DNA of 64,000 nucleotides from Acidimicrobiales bacterium (GCA_035294085.1 DATGLP010000008.1:87681-151680), one strand, 5' to 3'; shown: positions 27,367 to 37,700, counted from the stretch's first letter. A program made the numbers and translations. Notes: generated by a model from the letters alone, not told the origin.

Positions 27367-28506
27367 ATGCGCCAGGCCCTCGCCCGTCCGAACCGCCCCC
27401 GGCGCCGGCCGGCGCTCGCGGGCGCGGCCGACCGCCTGGCCGAGCGCGACGGCGTCCGTCGGCGCGCGCCGGCCCGCGGGCGCTACGTGCCGGCGGGGAA
27501 GGTGCTCGGCGTCGGGCTGGCGTGCTTCGGGCTGTGGCTCGCGCTCGACGCGCGCCAGCTGTACACCTCGGCGGTGGCAGCGCCGCCCGGGGCGCGCCGG
27601 ACGGTCGCGATGGCGATCCTCCGGCCGATCGCCCGCCTGAGCGAGGCGCTCAGCCTGGACCGCCTCGTGAACCTCGGCAACCGGGCGCTCGGGCGCGCCG
27701 GTGCGCCGACGCCCGGCGGGCTCTCGGCGGCCGGACCACCGCCGGCTGCGCCGTCGCCGCCGCCGACGACGCTGCCGGGCAGGGCGCGCACCGGCTCGCG
27801 GCCGCCGGCGCCGACGAGGCCGAAGCGGTCGCGCGCCGGCCTCCCCCCGCTCGCCCAGCCGACGCCCGCGTCGCCGCTTCGCATCCTCGAGGTCGGCGAC
27901 TCGCTCGGCGAGGACCTCGGCGACGGGCTCGCCGACGTCCTCGGCGGCGACCCGCGCGTCCGCCTCTTCCCCGAGGCCGTCGGTTCGACCGGTCTCGCGA
28001 ACGCCGCCTACTACGACTGGCCGGCGGTGCTCGCGCGCGACCTCGCGCGCTACCACCCGCAGGTCGTCGTCGTCATGATCGGGGGGAACGACGCCCAGGC
28101 CTTCGCGGTCGGCGACCGCATCGCGACGTTCGGCACCGCCTTCTGGCGCGCCCAGTACGCGCAGCGCGTCGCGACGATGATGCGGGAGGCGACCGCCGCC
28201 GGCGCGCGCGTGCTGTGGGTGGGCATGCCGATCATGCGCAGCCCTGCCTTCTCGGCGGACATGGCCGAGCTGAACGGCATCTACGCCGCCGAGGCGAGGC
28301 GCTTCGCGGGGGTGCGGTTCCTGTCGACCTGGAAGCTCTTCGCCACGCCCTCCGGCGCCTACTCCGCCTACCGGACCGAGGCGAACGGGGACGTCGTCGT
28401 CGTGCGCGACCCCGACGGCGTGCACATCGCGCCCCCGGCCGGGGAGGAGCTGCTCGCGCACGCCGCCGTGGCGGCGATGGAGCGCGCCTTCAGGATCCGC
28501 CTGTGA
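27367..28506 (+). CDS. membrane-anchored SGNH/GDSL hydrolase (DUF459-like), MBOAT partner
   Basis: N-terminal TM helix, a Pro/Ala-rich linker, then SGNH blocks: ILEVGDSLGEDLG (block I), VMIGGNDAQ (block III) and RDPDGVHIAP (block V DxxH). Confidence 0.8.
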   Translation: MRQALARPNRPRRRPALAGAADRLAERDGVRRRAPARGRYVPAGKVLGVGLACFGLWLALDARQLYTSAVAAPPGARRTVAMAILRPIARLSEALSLDRLVNLGNRALGRAGAPTPGGLSAAGPPPAAPSPPPTTLPGRARTGSRPPAPTRPKRSRAGLPPLAQPTPASPLRILEVGDSLGEDLGDGLADVLGGDPRVRLFPEAVGSTGLANAAYYDWPAVLARDLARYHPQVVVVMIGGNDAQAFAVGDRIATFGTAFWRAQYAQRVATMMREATAAGARVLWVGMPIMRSPAFSADMAELNGIYAAEARRFAGVRFLSTWKLFATPSGAYSAYRTEANGDVVVVRDPDGVHIAPPAGEELLAHAAVAAMERAFRIRL

Positions 28507-28528
28507 GGCCCTGGCGCTCGGGGGGCGT

Positions 28529-29212
28529 TCAGCGCGCGAGGCGGGCGACGAGCGAGGAGGCCGCCGTCACGCCGGCGGCGACGGCGAGGAGGAGGACGCC
28601 GAAGTCCACGCCGAGGTGTGCCGGTGCCCGGATGAGCAGGCCGCGCAGGGCGTCGACCTCGTAGCTGAGGGGGTTCACCGCGCTCAGCGCGCGCAGCCAG
28701 CCGGGCATGACGTGCACCGGGTAGAGGGCGTTCGAGGCGAAGAAGAGCGGCATCGTGATCATCTGGCCGATGCCCATCAGGCGCTCGCGGCGCAGCACGA
28801 CCCCGGCGACGGTCATCGACAGGCAGGCGAAGAAGGCCGAGCCGAGCAGCACCACCGCGAACGCGCCGAGGATGTCGAGCGGGTTCGCGCTGAGCGCGAC
28901 GCCGAGGAGGGCGGAGAGGACGAGGACGACGACCACCTGGGCGAGGGCCCGGATGCCCGCGGCGAAGGACTTGCCGAGGATGAGCGCCGAGCGCGGCGTG
29001 GGCGTCACGAGGAGCTTCGTGAGCACGCCGGCGTCCCGCTCCCAGATGATCTGGATCCCGTAGAAGATGGCGATGAACAGGCCTGCCTGCGCGATCACCC
29101 CCGGCGCGAGGAAGTCGAGGTAGGGGAGCCGGCCGGTGGGGATGGCGTGCAGGCGGGTGAAGGTCTCGCCGAAGATCACGAGCCAGAGCACCGGCTGGAC
29201 CGCACGCGTCAC
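28529..29212 (-). CDS. ABC-2 type transporter permease (coordinates are the minimal canonical-start ORF; true N-terminus probably extends to ~29350)
   Basis: Six hydrophobic segments. The in-frame upstream sequence WRRYPARVAAFCLVELQKLRHDRAEL looks like the conserved ABC-2 N-terminus but contains no ATG/GTG/TTG. See the related finding. Confidence 0.8.
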   Translation of the reverse strand: MTRAVQPVLWLVIFGETFTRLHAIPTGRLPYLDFLAPGVIAQAGLFIAIFYGIQIIWERDAGVLTKLLVTPTPRSALILGKSFAAGIRALAQVVVVLVLSALLGVALSANPLDILGAFAVVLLGSAFFACLSMTVAGVVLRRERLMGIGQMITMPLFFASNALYPVHVMPGWLRALSAVNPLSYEVDALRGLLIRAPAHLGVDFGVLLLAVAAGVTAASSLVARLAR

Positions 29213-29309
29213 GAGCTCGGCGCGGTCGTGGCGCAGCTTCTGCAGCTCGACGAGGCAGAAGGCGGCGACGCGCGCCGGGTAGCGGCGCCACGGCGCGGCG
29301 CCGGCGGGC

Positions 29310-30146
29310 TCACGAGACGCGCGAGGCAGTGTGGCGCGTGCTGCGGACAGCGCGGAGCCCTCCCTTCTCGGTCCCGGCGCTGTCGAGCTCGGCGCCGCCG
29401 CTGTGGTGGCGGAAGACGTCGTCCAAGGTGGCCGAGGGGCCGAGCGAGGCCTTGAGCTCGGCGGGGGTTCCCTCGGCGCGGATCTCGCCGAGGTGCATGA
29501 GCGCGACCCGGTCGCACAGCGCGTCGGCCTCGTCCATGTAGTGGGTCGTGAGCAGGACCGTCATGCCGGTCTCGGCGCGCAGCTGCTCGACGCGGGTCCA
29601 CACGCCGACGCGCGCGACGGGGTCGAGGCCGATCGTCGGCTCGTCGAGGATGAGCACGGTCGGCCGCCCGACGAGCGCCTGGGCGAGCTCGAGGCGGCGG
29701 ACCATCCCCCCCGAGTAGGTGCCGGCCAGGCGGTCGGCCGCCTCGGCGAGGCCCATCATCTCGAGGACCTCGCCGACGCGCGCCCGGCGTTCGCGCCGTG
29801 GCACGTCGAAGAGGCGGGCGAACCACTCGACGTTCTCCCGCCCCGTGAGCGCCGGCTCGATCGACAGCTGCTGGGGCACGTAGCCGAGGAGGCGGCGCAC
29901 CGCCATCGGCTCGGAGCGCACGTCCCGGCCGAGGACCTCGACGGTCCCCTCCTGGCAGGGCAGCAGCGTGTTGAGGACGCGCATCGTCGTCGTCTTCCCG
30001 GCGCCGTTCGGCCCGAGCAGCCCGAAGACCTCCCCGCGCTCGACGACGAGGTCGATCCCTCGCACGGCGACGTGGTCGCCGAAGGCGTGGCGCAGGCCGC
30101 GGCAGGCGACCGCGGGAACGCCGCCCGGGGTGCGTCCTGCGTTCAC
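29310..30146 (-). CDS. ABC transporter ATP-binding protein (DrrA/ABC-2 exporter type)
   Basis: GTG 30146 overlaps the marR stop (GTGA). Contains Walker A GPNGAGKTT, signature YSGGMVRR and Walker B LILDEPT. Confidence 0.9.
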   Translation of the reverse strand: MNAGRTPGGVPAVACRGLRHAFGDHVAVRGIDLVVERGEVFGLLGPNGAGKTTTMRVLNTLLPCQEGTVEVLGRDVRSEPMAVRRLLGYVPQQLSIEPALTGRENVEWFARLFDVPRRERRARVGEVLEMMGLAEAADRLAGTYSGGMVRRLELAQALVGRPTVLILDEPTIGLDPVARVGVWTRVEQLRAETGMTVLLTTHYMDEADALCDRVALMHLGEIRAEGTPAELKASLGPSATLDDVFRHHSGGAELDSAGTEKGGLRAVRSTRHTASRVS

Positions 30147-30646
30147 CGAGCGCGTCCTTCGCGCTCGAGCTCGGCGCCGAGGCGCTCGAGCGGCTCGAGC
30201 GCGGCGGCGAGCAGGCGCGCGTCGCGCGCCGGGAGGTGGCCGAGCGCCTCGGCGACCGCGAGCACCCGCCGGTCGTGCCAGGCGTCGACCGTCTCGCGCA
30301 GCGCCGGGGCGAGGTCGAGGCGGGCAACGCGCCGGTCGGCGGCGTCGACGGAGCGCGCGAGGAGCCCGGCGTCTGCCAGCTGGCCGACGAGCGTGCTCAC
30401 GGTGTTGGCGGCGAGCCGGAGCTCGGCCGCCGCCTCGGCGACGGAGACGCCGGGACGGCGGCGCACGAGGCGCACGAGCTCGAGCTGGGACCCGGTGAGG
30501 CGGGCGAGCTCGGCGGGCCGGGCGGCGACGCGGCGCGCGCTGCGCTGGAGCAGTGCGACCGCCGCGAGGAGCCGCTCCGCGAGGGCGTCGTCGGCCGGTG
30601 CGTCTCGCACCGGCGGGTCGACTCGAGCGGCGGTCCTCGGTGGCAC
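30143..30646 (-). CDS. MarR-family transcriptional regulator
   Basis: 167 aa with the winged-helix core LTGSQLELVRLVRRRPGVSVAEAAAELRLAANTVSTLVGQLADAGLLAR...DRRVARL. Confidence 0.85.
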   Translation of the reverse strand: MPPRTAARVDPPVRDAPADDALAERLLAAVALLQRSARRVAARPAELARLTGSQLELVRLVRRRPGVSVAEAAAELRLAANTVSTLVGQLADAGLLARSVDAADRRVARLDLAPALRETVDAWHDRRVLAVAEALGHLPARDARLLAAALEPLERLGAELEREGRAR

Positions 30647-30652
30647 GCCCCG

Positions 30653-30658
30653 AGAATA
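30653..30658 (-). promoter_or_regulatory. -10-like TATTCT exactly 6 nt upstream of the marR GTG (leaderless signature)
   Basis: Minus strand reads TATTCT-cggggc-GTG(30646). Confidence 0.45.
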
Positions 30659-30659
30659 G

Positions 30660-30688
30660 CTCTGTCGCAGAGCTACTCTGCGACAGAG
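30660..30688. promoter_or_regulatory. 29-bp inverted repeat, candidate MarR operator
   Basis: CTCTGTCGCAGAG (30660-30672), spacer CTA, then CTCTGCGACAGAG (30676-30688). The second arm is the exact reverse complement of the first. It lies immediately upstream of the putative -10. Confidence 0.55.
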
Positions 30689-30709
30689 GTGGCCTGGGGC
30701 GCTCGGCCC

Positions 30710-31192
30710 TCAGTGCGCGCGGTGACGGGCGGTGCCCGCCTCGAGCTCGGCCTCGGCCTCGGCACGCCCCAGCCAGGTGGCGCCCTCGACGTGCTTGCCG
30801 GGCTCGAGCGCCTTGTAGGTCTCGAAGAAGTGCTGGATGCGGTCCCGCTCGAAGGCCGGGATGTCCGCGAGGTCGCGCACGCCGTCGTAGCGGGGGTCGC
30901 CCGCCGGTACGCACACGAGCTTGTCGTCCGGGCCCTTCTCGTCGGTCATCTTGAAGAGCGCGACCGCCCGTGCGCGCACGACGCAGCCGGGGAAGGTCGG
31001 CTCCTCGACGAGGACGAGCGCGTCCAGCGGGTCGTCGTCGCGCCCGAGCGTGCCCTCCACGAAGCCGTAGTCGCTCGGGTAGACCATGGAGGTGAACAGG
31101 GTGCGGTCGAGGCGGATCCGCCCGGTCGAGTGGTCGACCTCGTACTTGTTGCGCTGACCCTTCGGGATCTCGATGACGACGTCGAACTCCAC
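30710..31192 (-). CDS. ppa: inorganic pyrophosphatase (family I)
   Basis: [33 protein letters not shown]...[23 protein letters not shown] 31192 is preceded by GAGGAGGGG. Confidence 0.9.
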   Translation of the reverse strand: MEFDVVIEIPKGQRNKYEVDHSTGRIRLDRTLFTSMVYPSDYGFVEGTLGRDDDPLDALVLVEEPTFPGCVVRARAVALFKMTDEKGPDDKLVCVPAGDPRYDGVRDLADIPAFERDRIQHFFETYKALEPGKHVEGATWLGRAEAEAELEAGTARHRAH

Positions 31193-31226
31193 GGTCCCCT
31201 CCTCGGCGCGCCCTGGCGGCCCCGGC

Positions 31227-31232
31227 ATGCTA
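31227..31232 (-). promoter_or_regulatory. candidate -10 (TAGCAT) for ppa
   Basis: Minus strand TAGCAT lies 34 nt upstream of GTG 31192. The leader would contain the Shine-Dalgarno. Confidence 0.35.
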
Positions 31233-31242
31233 GCGAGGAGCC

Positions 31243-32061
31243 TCAGCTCGCCGCCGCCTCGCGCAAGAGCGCGAGGAGCGGCTCGAGGAGCCCGTCGGCC
31301 GCGACGACGAGGGTCTCCTCGGGGACGCCGAGGCCGCGCACCTCGGCGGAGCGCGCGCCGGCCTCGCGGGCGACGAGGAGGCCTGCCGCGCTGTCCCAGG
31401 GCTTGAGGTGCGCTTCGTAGTAGGCGTCGAGGCGCCCGGCCGCGACGTAGCACAGGTCGAGCGAGGCGGCGCCCGAGCGCCGGAGGTCACGCACCGCCCC
31501 CGCGACGCGCGCGACGAGGCGCCCCTGGGCCGCGCGCGCCTCAGCGTCGTAGCTGAAGCCCGTGCCGACGAGCGCCTCGGCGAGGGCAGGCGCCCGCCGG
31601 GCGGCGAGCGGCCGGCCGTTCAGCGTCGCCCCGCCGCCGCGCGTGGCGCAGAAGGTCTCGTCGTGGGTGGGGTCGTGGACGACGCCGAGGAGCGGGCCGG
31701 ACTCGTCGACGAGCGCGATCGACACGGCCCAGGCGGGGTAGGCGTAGACGAAGTTCGTCGTGCCGTCGAGCGGGTCGACGACCCAGGTGCGCCCCGAGCG
31801 CCCGACGAGCTCGCCGCCTTCCTCCCCGAGGATGGCGTCGTCGGGGTGCCCGACGCGCAGCGCGTCGACGATGAGGCGCTCGCTCGCGCGGTCGGCAGCC
31901 GTCGCGAGGTCGGTTCGCGAGCTCTTGCGCGTCGCCGCCCGGCCGAGGCCTCCCTGGGCGCCCGCGGGCTCGGCCGCCTCGGCGAGGAGCCGCCCGGCAC
32001 GCCGGGCGAGGTCCTCGGCGAAGGCCGCCTCGCCGGCGAGGGTCGCGGCGTCGGCGGTCAT
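31243..32061 (-). CDS. inositol monophosphatase-family phosphatase (SuhB/ImpA/HisN-like)
   Basis: ATG 32061 lies within ORF 31243..32475 and overlaps the holA stop (ATGA). Contains [13 protein letters not shown] and WDSAAG. Confidence 0.85.
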   Translation of the reverse strand: MTADAATLAGEAAFAEDLARRAGRLLAEAAEPAGAQGGLGRAATRKSSRTDLATAADRASERLIVDALRVGHPDDAILGEEGGELVGRSGRTWVVDPLDGTTNFVYAYPAWAVSIALVDESGPLLGVVHDPTHDETFCATRGGGATLNGRPLAARRAPALAEALVGTGFSYDAEARAAQGRLVARVAGAVRDLRRSGAASLDLCYVAAGRLDAYYEAHLKPWDSAAGLLVAREAGARSAEVRGLGVPEETLVVAADGLLEPLLALLREAAAS

Positions 32062-33116
32062 CGGCGCACCCGGCGCGCTGCCCGGTGCTCGCGCCCGCGG
32101 GCCGCCCGCCGGTTCCGGTCCGCCAGGCGCGCGACGAGGATCTCGAGCACCGCCTCGGGCGGCAGGCCGGAGCGGCCGCGCAGGTCGAGGTCGGCCGCCG
32201 CGAGGAGGCGAATGGCGTCCGCCACGCCCTCGTGGCCGAGGCGGCGCGCCTGCTCGAGCGCCTTGCGCGCGGGGAACGGCGAGAGACGCGTGAGCGCGGC
32301 CGCCGCCCGCTCGTCGGGCACCTCGGCGCCGTCGAGGCGGAGCATCGCGCCGTAGTGGCGGTGGAGCGTCGCGACCAGCGCGAGGGGCGCGCGCCCGCCC
32401 GCGCCGAGGAGGCGGTCGAGCGCCTCGAGGGCCCCGGGCAGGTCGCCCCGGTCGATCGCGTCGGTGAGCTCCCACGGGGCGACGCCACCCGCCTCGCCGA
32501 GGAACGGCTCGAGCTCGTCCGCCGCGATCGTCGCCCCGGGACCGAAGGCCGCCTCGAGGCTCGCGAGCAGGCCCTCGAGGCGGTCGAGGTCCTCGCCGAG
32601 GTGCGCCTGGAGCAGGGCCGCGGCCGGCGGCTCGAGCCGCACGGCGGCGGCGCTGAGGTGCTCGTCGAACCAGGCGCGACGCCGGGCGCCGCTCGGCGCG
32701 CCGGCGTCGACCACGACCCCGACCTCGCGGACGCGGCGCGCGAGCGGCGCCGGCGCAGGCCGGCCGGGGAAGGCGAGGACGAGGACGGTGCTCTCGAGCG
32801 GACTGGCGAGGTAGTCGAGGAGCTCGCCGACCTGCGCGCTCGACAGGCGGCTGGCGTCCGAGACGACCACGACGCGCGCGGCGGCGAAGAGCGGGGGGGT
32901 GCGGCAGGCGTCGAGGACCGGCGCGATCGACAGGTCCTCCTCCAGACCCGCGCCGGCGTACTCCTCGAGCGCACAGGCGCCGCCTTCGGCCGAGGCGAGC
33001 GAGTCGACGAGGGCGCGCAGCTCCTGGCCGACGAGGCCGGCGTCCTCGGGCGTCGACCCCTGCACGAGGTAGCAGGGGAAGGGTCGCCCGCTCGCGTCGA
33101 GCGCCGGGGCGTTCAC
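32058..33116 (-). CDS. holA: DNA polymerase III delta subunit
   Basis: GTG 33116 overlaps the folP stop (GTGA). 352 aa with N-terminal PCYLVQGS...DAGLVGQEL and a helical C-terminus LPGALEALDRLL. The call rests on overall pattern and size only. Confidence 0.6.
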   Translation of the reverse strand: MNAPALDASGRPFPCYLVQGSTPEDAGLVGQELRALVDSLASAEGGACALEEYAGAGLEEDLSIAPVLDACRTPPLFAAARVVVVSDASRLSSAQVGELLDYLASPLESTVLVLAFPGRPAPAPLARRVREVGVVVDAGAPSGARRRAWFDEHLSAAAVRLEPPAAALLQAHLGEDLDRLEGLLASLEAAFGPGATIAADELEPFLGEAGGVAPWELTDAIDRGDLPGALEALDRLLGAGGRAPLALVATLHRHYGAMLRLDGAEVPDERAAAALTRLSPFPARKALEQARRLGHEGVADAIRLLAAADLDLRGRSGLPPEAVLEILVARLADRNRRAARGREHRAARRVRR

Positions 33117-33988
33117 GCCTCGAGCACGGCGGCGAGCAGGTCGACGACGCGCCGCGCTCCCGCGACGTCGTGGACGCGCACGACTCGGCAGCCGCGCGCG
33201 ACGCCGAGCGCGACGGCCGCGAGGGTCGCCTCCCGACGCTCGTCGACGGCGAGCGAGAGGAGCTCGCCGAGGAAGTCCTTGTTCGACGCGGACAGGAGGA
33301 GGGGCTGCCCGAGTCCCGCGAGGCGGTCCGAGGCGCGCAGGAGCTCGAGGGACTGGCCGGCGCGCTTGCCGAGGTCGAGGCCGGCGTCGAGGATGACCGA
33401 CTCCCGGCCGATGCCGGCCCGCAGCGCCCGCTCGAGGCGGTCGAGGAGGAACGACTCGACCGCCGAGACGACGTCGCCCCCCTCGTAGACGGGGTCGGGA
33501 TCGGGGACGCGCGGGGCGAGGCGGATGTGGGTGGCGACCACCGCGGCGCCGGCCGCGGCCGCGGCCGGGAGGTAGCCGGGATCGGCGAAGCCGCTGATGT
33601 CGTTGCCGAGCGAGGCGCCCGCGGCGAAGGCGGCCGCGGCCACCTCGGCCCGCCAGGTGTCCACCGACACCGCCACGTCGAAGCGGGCCGTGATCGCCTC
33701 GACGGTCGGGACGACCCGGTCGAGCTCCTCGGTGACGCCGACGGGGTCGCCCTCGCCGGCCTTCACGCCGCCGACGTCGATGATGTCGGCCCCCGAGGCG
33801 ACGAGCTGCTCGCAGCGCTCGAGGGCGGCGTCGAGGGCGAAGGTGGCGCCGCGGTCGAAGAAGGAGTCGGGCGTCCGGTTGACGATCCCCATGACGAGGG
33901 CGCGCGTCGTCACGTCGAAGCGGCGCTCGCGAAGCGTCACGAAGATCGGCGCGCCCGGGCGCACGACGCCGAGGTCGGCGTGCCGCAC
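33113..33988 (-). CDS. folP: dihydropteroate synthase
   Basis: Contains VMGIVNRTPDSFFDRG, GADIIDVGGVKAGEG, SVDTW, GNDISG and RVHDV. High third-position GC supports the GTG 33988 start. Confidence 0.9.
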   Translation of the reverse strand: MRHADLGVVRPGAPIFVTLRERRFDVTTRALVMGIVNRTPDSFFDRGATFALDAALERCEQLVASGADIIDVGGVKAGEGDPVGVTEELDRVVPTVEAITARFDVAVSVDTWRAEVAAAAFAAGASLGNDISGFADPGYLPAAAAAGAAVVATHIRLAPRVPDPDPVYEGGDVVSAVESFLLDRLERALRAGIGRESVILDAGLDLGKRAGQSLELLRASDRLAGLGQPLLLSASNKDFLGELLSLAVDERREATLAAVALGVARGCRVVRVHDVAGARRVVDLLAAVLEA

Positions 33989-33991
33989 GAC

Positions 33992-34705
33992 CTAGAACAG
34001 CCGGGAGGCGAGCGCCCGGCGGAAGCGCTCGCGGCGGGGGTCCGCCGGATCGAGGGTCTCGAGGACGTCGAGGTACTCCTGGCGTGCGGCGTCGTCCTCC
34101 TTGACGCGCTCGAGCAGGTGCTCGAGGCGCTCGGTGACGTCGGCGCCGGCGCCGTCGCCGGCCCCGGCCGCTCGCAGGCGCGCGAGCGCGGCGATGCGCC
34201 GGGTCTCGGCGGTCTCGGGGATGCGCTCGAGGAGCCGCAGCGCCTCGGCGCCCTCGCCGCGCTCGACGAGGAGCTCGGCGAGGGCGCGCACCGCTCCGGC
34301 GTGGTCGGGCTCGAGCTCGAGCGCCCGGCGCAGCGAGGCCTCGTCCCCCGCGGCGACGAGCGCGTCGGCCTCGCTCGGCGGCGGTGCGAGGCGGGCGACG
34401 AACTCGCGCACGGCGGACTCGGGGAGCGCGCCGATGAAGCCGTCGACGACGCGGCGGTCGCGCAGCGCGTACACCGCCGGGATCGACTGCACCTGGAAGC
34501 TCGCGGCGACCTGGGGGTTGTCGTCCACGTTCACCTTCGCGAGCGCGACCGCGCCGCCCGTCTCCTCGACGACGCGCTCGAGGATCGGGCCGAGGGTCCG
34601 GCACGGCCCGCACCAGGGCGCCCACAGGTCGACGACGACGGGCCGGCTCTCGGAGGCCGCCATGACGTCGCGCTCGAAGGTTGCGTCGGTGACGTCGATG
34701 CTCAT
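33992..34705 (-). CDS. thioredoxin-domain plus TPR-like co-chaperone (YbbN/CnoX-like)
   Basis: ATG 34705 lies at the 3' end of the giant track ORF 33992..39454. Contains VVVDLWAPWCGPCRTLGP followed by a helical repeat C-terminus. Confidence 0.85.
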   Translation of the reverse strand: MSIDVTDATFERDVMAASESRPVVVDLWAPWCGPCRTLGPILERVVEETGGAVALAKVNVDDNPQVAASFQVQSIPAVYALRDRRVVDGFIGALPESAVREFVARLAPPPSEADALVAAGDEASLRRALELEPDHAGAVRALAELLVERGEGAEALRLLERIPETAETRRIAALARLRAAGAGDGAGADVTERLEHLLERVKEDDAARQEYLDVLETLDPADPRRERFRRALASRLF

Positions 34706-34758
34706 CACGACGACCCTACCGTCTCGAGCCGTCCGGCGAGCGGCCCCGGGGCGACGAC

Positions 34759-37700
34759 CTACACGACGAAGTACTTGGCCTGCGGGTGGTGGCAGACGAT
34801 CGCCAGCGTCGTCTGCTCGGGCTCGAGCTGGAAGCCCTCGCTCACCGACACGCCGATGCGGCCGGCGTCGAGGAGGGACACGACCTTCGCGTTGTCCTCG
34901 AGGTCGGGGCACGCCGGGTAGCCGAAGGAGTAGCGGCCGCCGCGGTAGCGCTGGCGGAACAGACCGGCGAGCGTCGGGCCGTCCTCGTCGGCGAAGCCCC
35001 ACTCCTCGCGGATGCGGCGGTGCCAGTACTCGGCGAGCGCCTCGGTCATCTCGACCGACAGCCCGTGGACCGAGACGTAGTCGACGTAGCGGTTCGCCCG
35101 GAACAGCTCCTGGGCGTAGCGGGTCGCCCGCTCGCCCATCGTCACGACGAAGAAGGCGGCGTAGTCGACCTCGCCCGAGTCGGCGGGGCGGAAGAAGTCG
35201 GCGATGCAGTAGTGGGGCGCCTGGCGCTGGCGCGGCAGGTGGAAGCGGACGAGCTCGCTCGAGCGCGTCGAGTCGGCGAACACGACGAGGTCGTTGCCCT
35301 CGGCGTGGACGGCGAAGTAGCCCCAGGCGACCTGGGGGACGAGGTAGCCGGTCGACCTCGCCTCGTCGAGGCGGCGGCGCAGCTCGGCGCGCACGCGCGT
35401 CTTGAACTCGGCGTCGCTCTCCCCTCGCTCGGGCCGGTAGCCCCACTGGTTGCGGAAGAGCGCCGTCTCGTTCAGGTAGGCGGCGACGTCGTCGAGCGCG
35501 ATCCCCTTGGCGACCCGCGTCCCGAGGAAGGGAGGGGTGAACACCGGGTTGTCGGTGGCCACCTCGCTCGAGCGCTCGGGGAGCGACGCCGGGTCGACGT
35601 CGGCGAGCAGCTCGCTGCGCCGCGGCGGGAGCCTGCGTCCGGTGCGCTCGGTCCCGAAGGTCGGGTCGTCGAAGCCGCGCGCCTTGTGCTCCATGATCTG
35701 CTCGAGCGTGCGGAGACCCTCGAAGGCGTCCCTGCCGTAGAAGACGCGGCCCTTGTACACGGCGCGCAGGTCTCGCTCCACGTAGCTGCGCGTCAGCGCC
35801 GCCCCGCCGAGCAGGACGGGGAGGTCGTGGCGACCCCGGCGATTCATCTCCTCGAGGTTCTCGCGCATGACGAGGGTCGACTTCACGAGCAGGCCGCTCA
35901 TGCCGATCGCGTCGGCGCCCACCTCGTCCGCCTTGTCGAGCATGTCGGCGATCGGCACCTTGATGCCGAGGTTGTGCACCTCGTAGCCGTTGTTCGTGAG
36001 GATGATGTCGACCAGGTTCTTGCCGATGTCGTGGACGTCGCCCTTCACGGTGGCGAGCACGATCCGGCCCCGGCCGCGCTCCGCGGCGCGCGCCATGTGG
36101 GGCTCGAGGTGGGCCACCGCGGCCTTCATCGTCTCGGCCGACTGGAGCACGAAGGGCAGCTGCATCTCGCCGGAGGCGAACAGGTCGCCGACGGTCTTCA
36201 TGCCGGCGAGGAGGATGTCGTTCACGATCGCGAGCGCGTCGAGCCCGCTCGCGAGGGCCTCGTCGAGGTCGGCTTCGAGGCCGTTGCGGTCGCCGTCCAC
36301 GATGCGCTGGGCGAGCCGGCGCTCCACGGGCCAGCCGCTGCGGTCCTCGGCCGCGGCCGTCGGGCCCGCCACGCCGGCGAAGAGCTCGATGAGCGCGCCG
36401 AGGGGGTCGTAGCCGTCTCGGCGCCGGTCGTAGACGAGGTCGAGGCAGACCTCGCGGGCACGCTCGTCGATCCGGTGCAGCGGCAGGATCCTCGCCGCGT
36501 GGACGATCGCCGCGTCGAGGCCCGCCTCGACGCACTCGTGGAGGAAGACGGAGTTGAGCACCTGGCGCGCCGCGGGGGAGAGCCCGAAGGAGACGTTGGA
36601 CAGCCCGATGATCGTGTGGGTGCCGGGGAGCTCGGCCTTGATGCGCCGGATCGCCTCGATCGTCTCGAGCCCGTCGCGCCGGCTCTCCGCCATGCCCGTC
36701 GAGAGCGGCAGCGCGAGGGGGTCGAAGAAGAGGTCCTCGGGCTCGAGCCCGTAGCGCCCGAGCGCGAGGTCGTAGATGGCCCGCGCGGCGCGCAGCTTCC
36801 ACTCGGCGGTGCGGGCCTGGCCCTCCTCGTCGATGCACGTGCACACGACGGCCGCACCGTGCTCGCGCGCGAGCGAGAGGAAGGCGTCGAGACGCGTCCC
36901 GGGGCCGCCTCCCTCCTCGAGGTTGACCGAGTTGATGATGCAGCGCCCGCCGAGCCACTCGAGCGCGCTGCGCACGACCGGTGCCTCGGTGGAGTCGATC
37001 ATGACCGGCACGGAGGACTGGGTGGCGAGGCGGCGGGCGACCTCGCCCATGTCGGCGACGCCGTCGGCGCCCGTGTAGTCGACGCACACGTCGATGACGT
37101 GCGCCCCCTCGCGCACCTGGTCGCGTGCCATCGCCGTGGTCGTGTCCCAGTCCCCGGCGAGCATCGCCTCGCGGAAGCGCTTCGAGCCGTTCGCGTTCGT
37201 CCGCTCGCCGACGACGAGGACCGACTGGTCCTGCGCGAAGGGGACGAAGCTGTAGAGGGACGAGGCACCCGGCTCGTGGTCGACGTCCCGTCTGGGCGGG
37301 ACGAGGCCGAAGCAGGCGTCGACGACCGCGGCGAGGTGCTCGGGGCGCGACCCGCAGCAGCCGCCGACGACGCTCACGCCGAGCTCGGCGATGAAGGCGC
37401 GCAGGTGCTCGGCGAGCGCCTCGGGCGTGAGGTCGTAGTGCATGCGGCCGTCGACGACCTGGGGCAGGCCGGCGTTCGGCATCGCCGAGAGGGCGGGGCG
37501 CGCGTGCCGGGCGAGGTAGCGCAGTGGCTCGTACATCTCGGCGGGACCGGTCGCGCAGTTGATGCCCACGACGTCGGGCCGCATCGCCTCGAGGGCGCAG
37601 AGCGCGGCGGCGATCTCGGTGCCGAGGAGCATCCTGCCGGTGAGCTCGACGGTGACCTGGACCTGGAGGGGCACGCGCCTGCCGACGCCGGCCATGGCCC

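Noticed and set aside
31226-31228. Upstream ATG as the ppa start ([15 protein letters not shown]...).
   Set aside because: Family I pyrophosphatases start right at the xEFDVxIEIPKG block. GTG 31192 has GAGGAGGGG upstream. The ATG also lies inside the putative TAGCAT -10 box.
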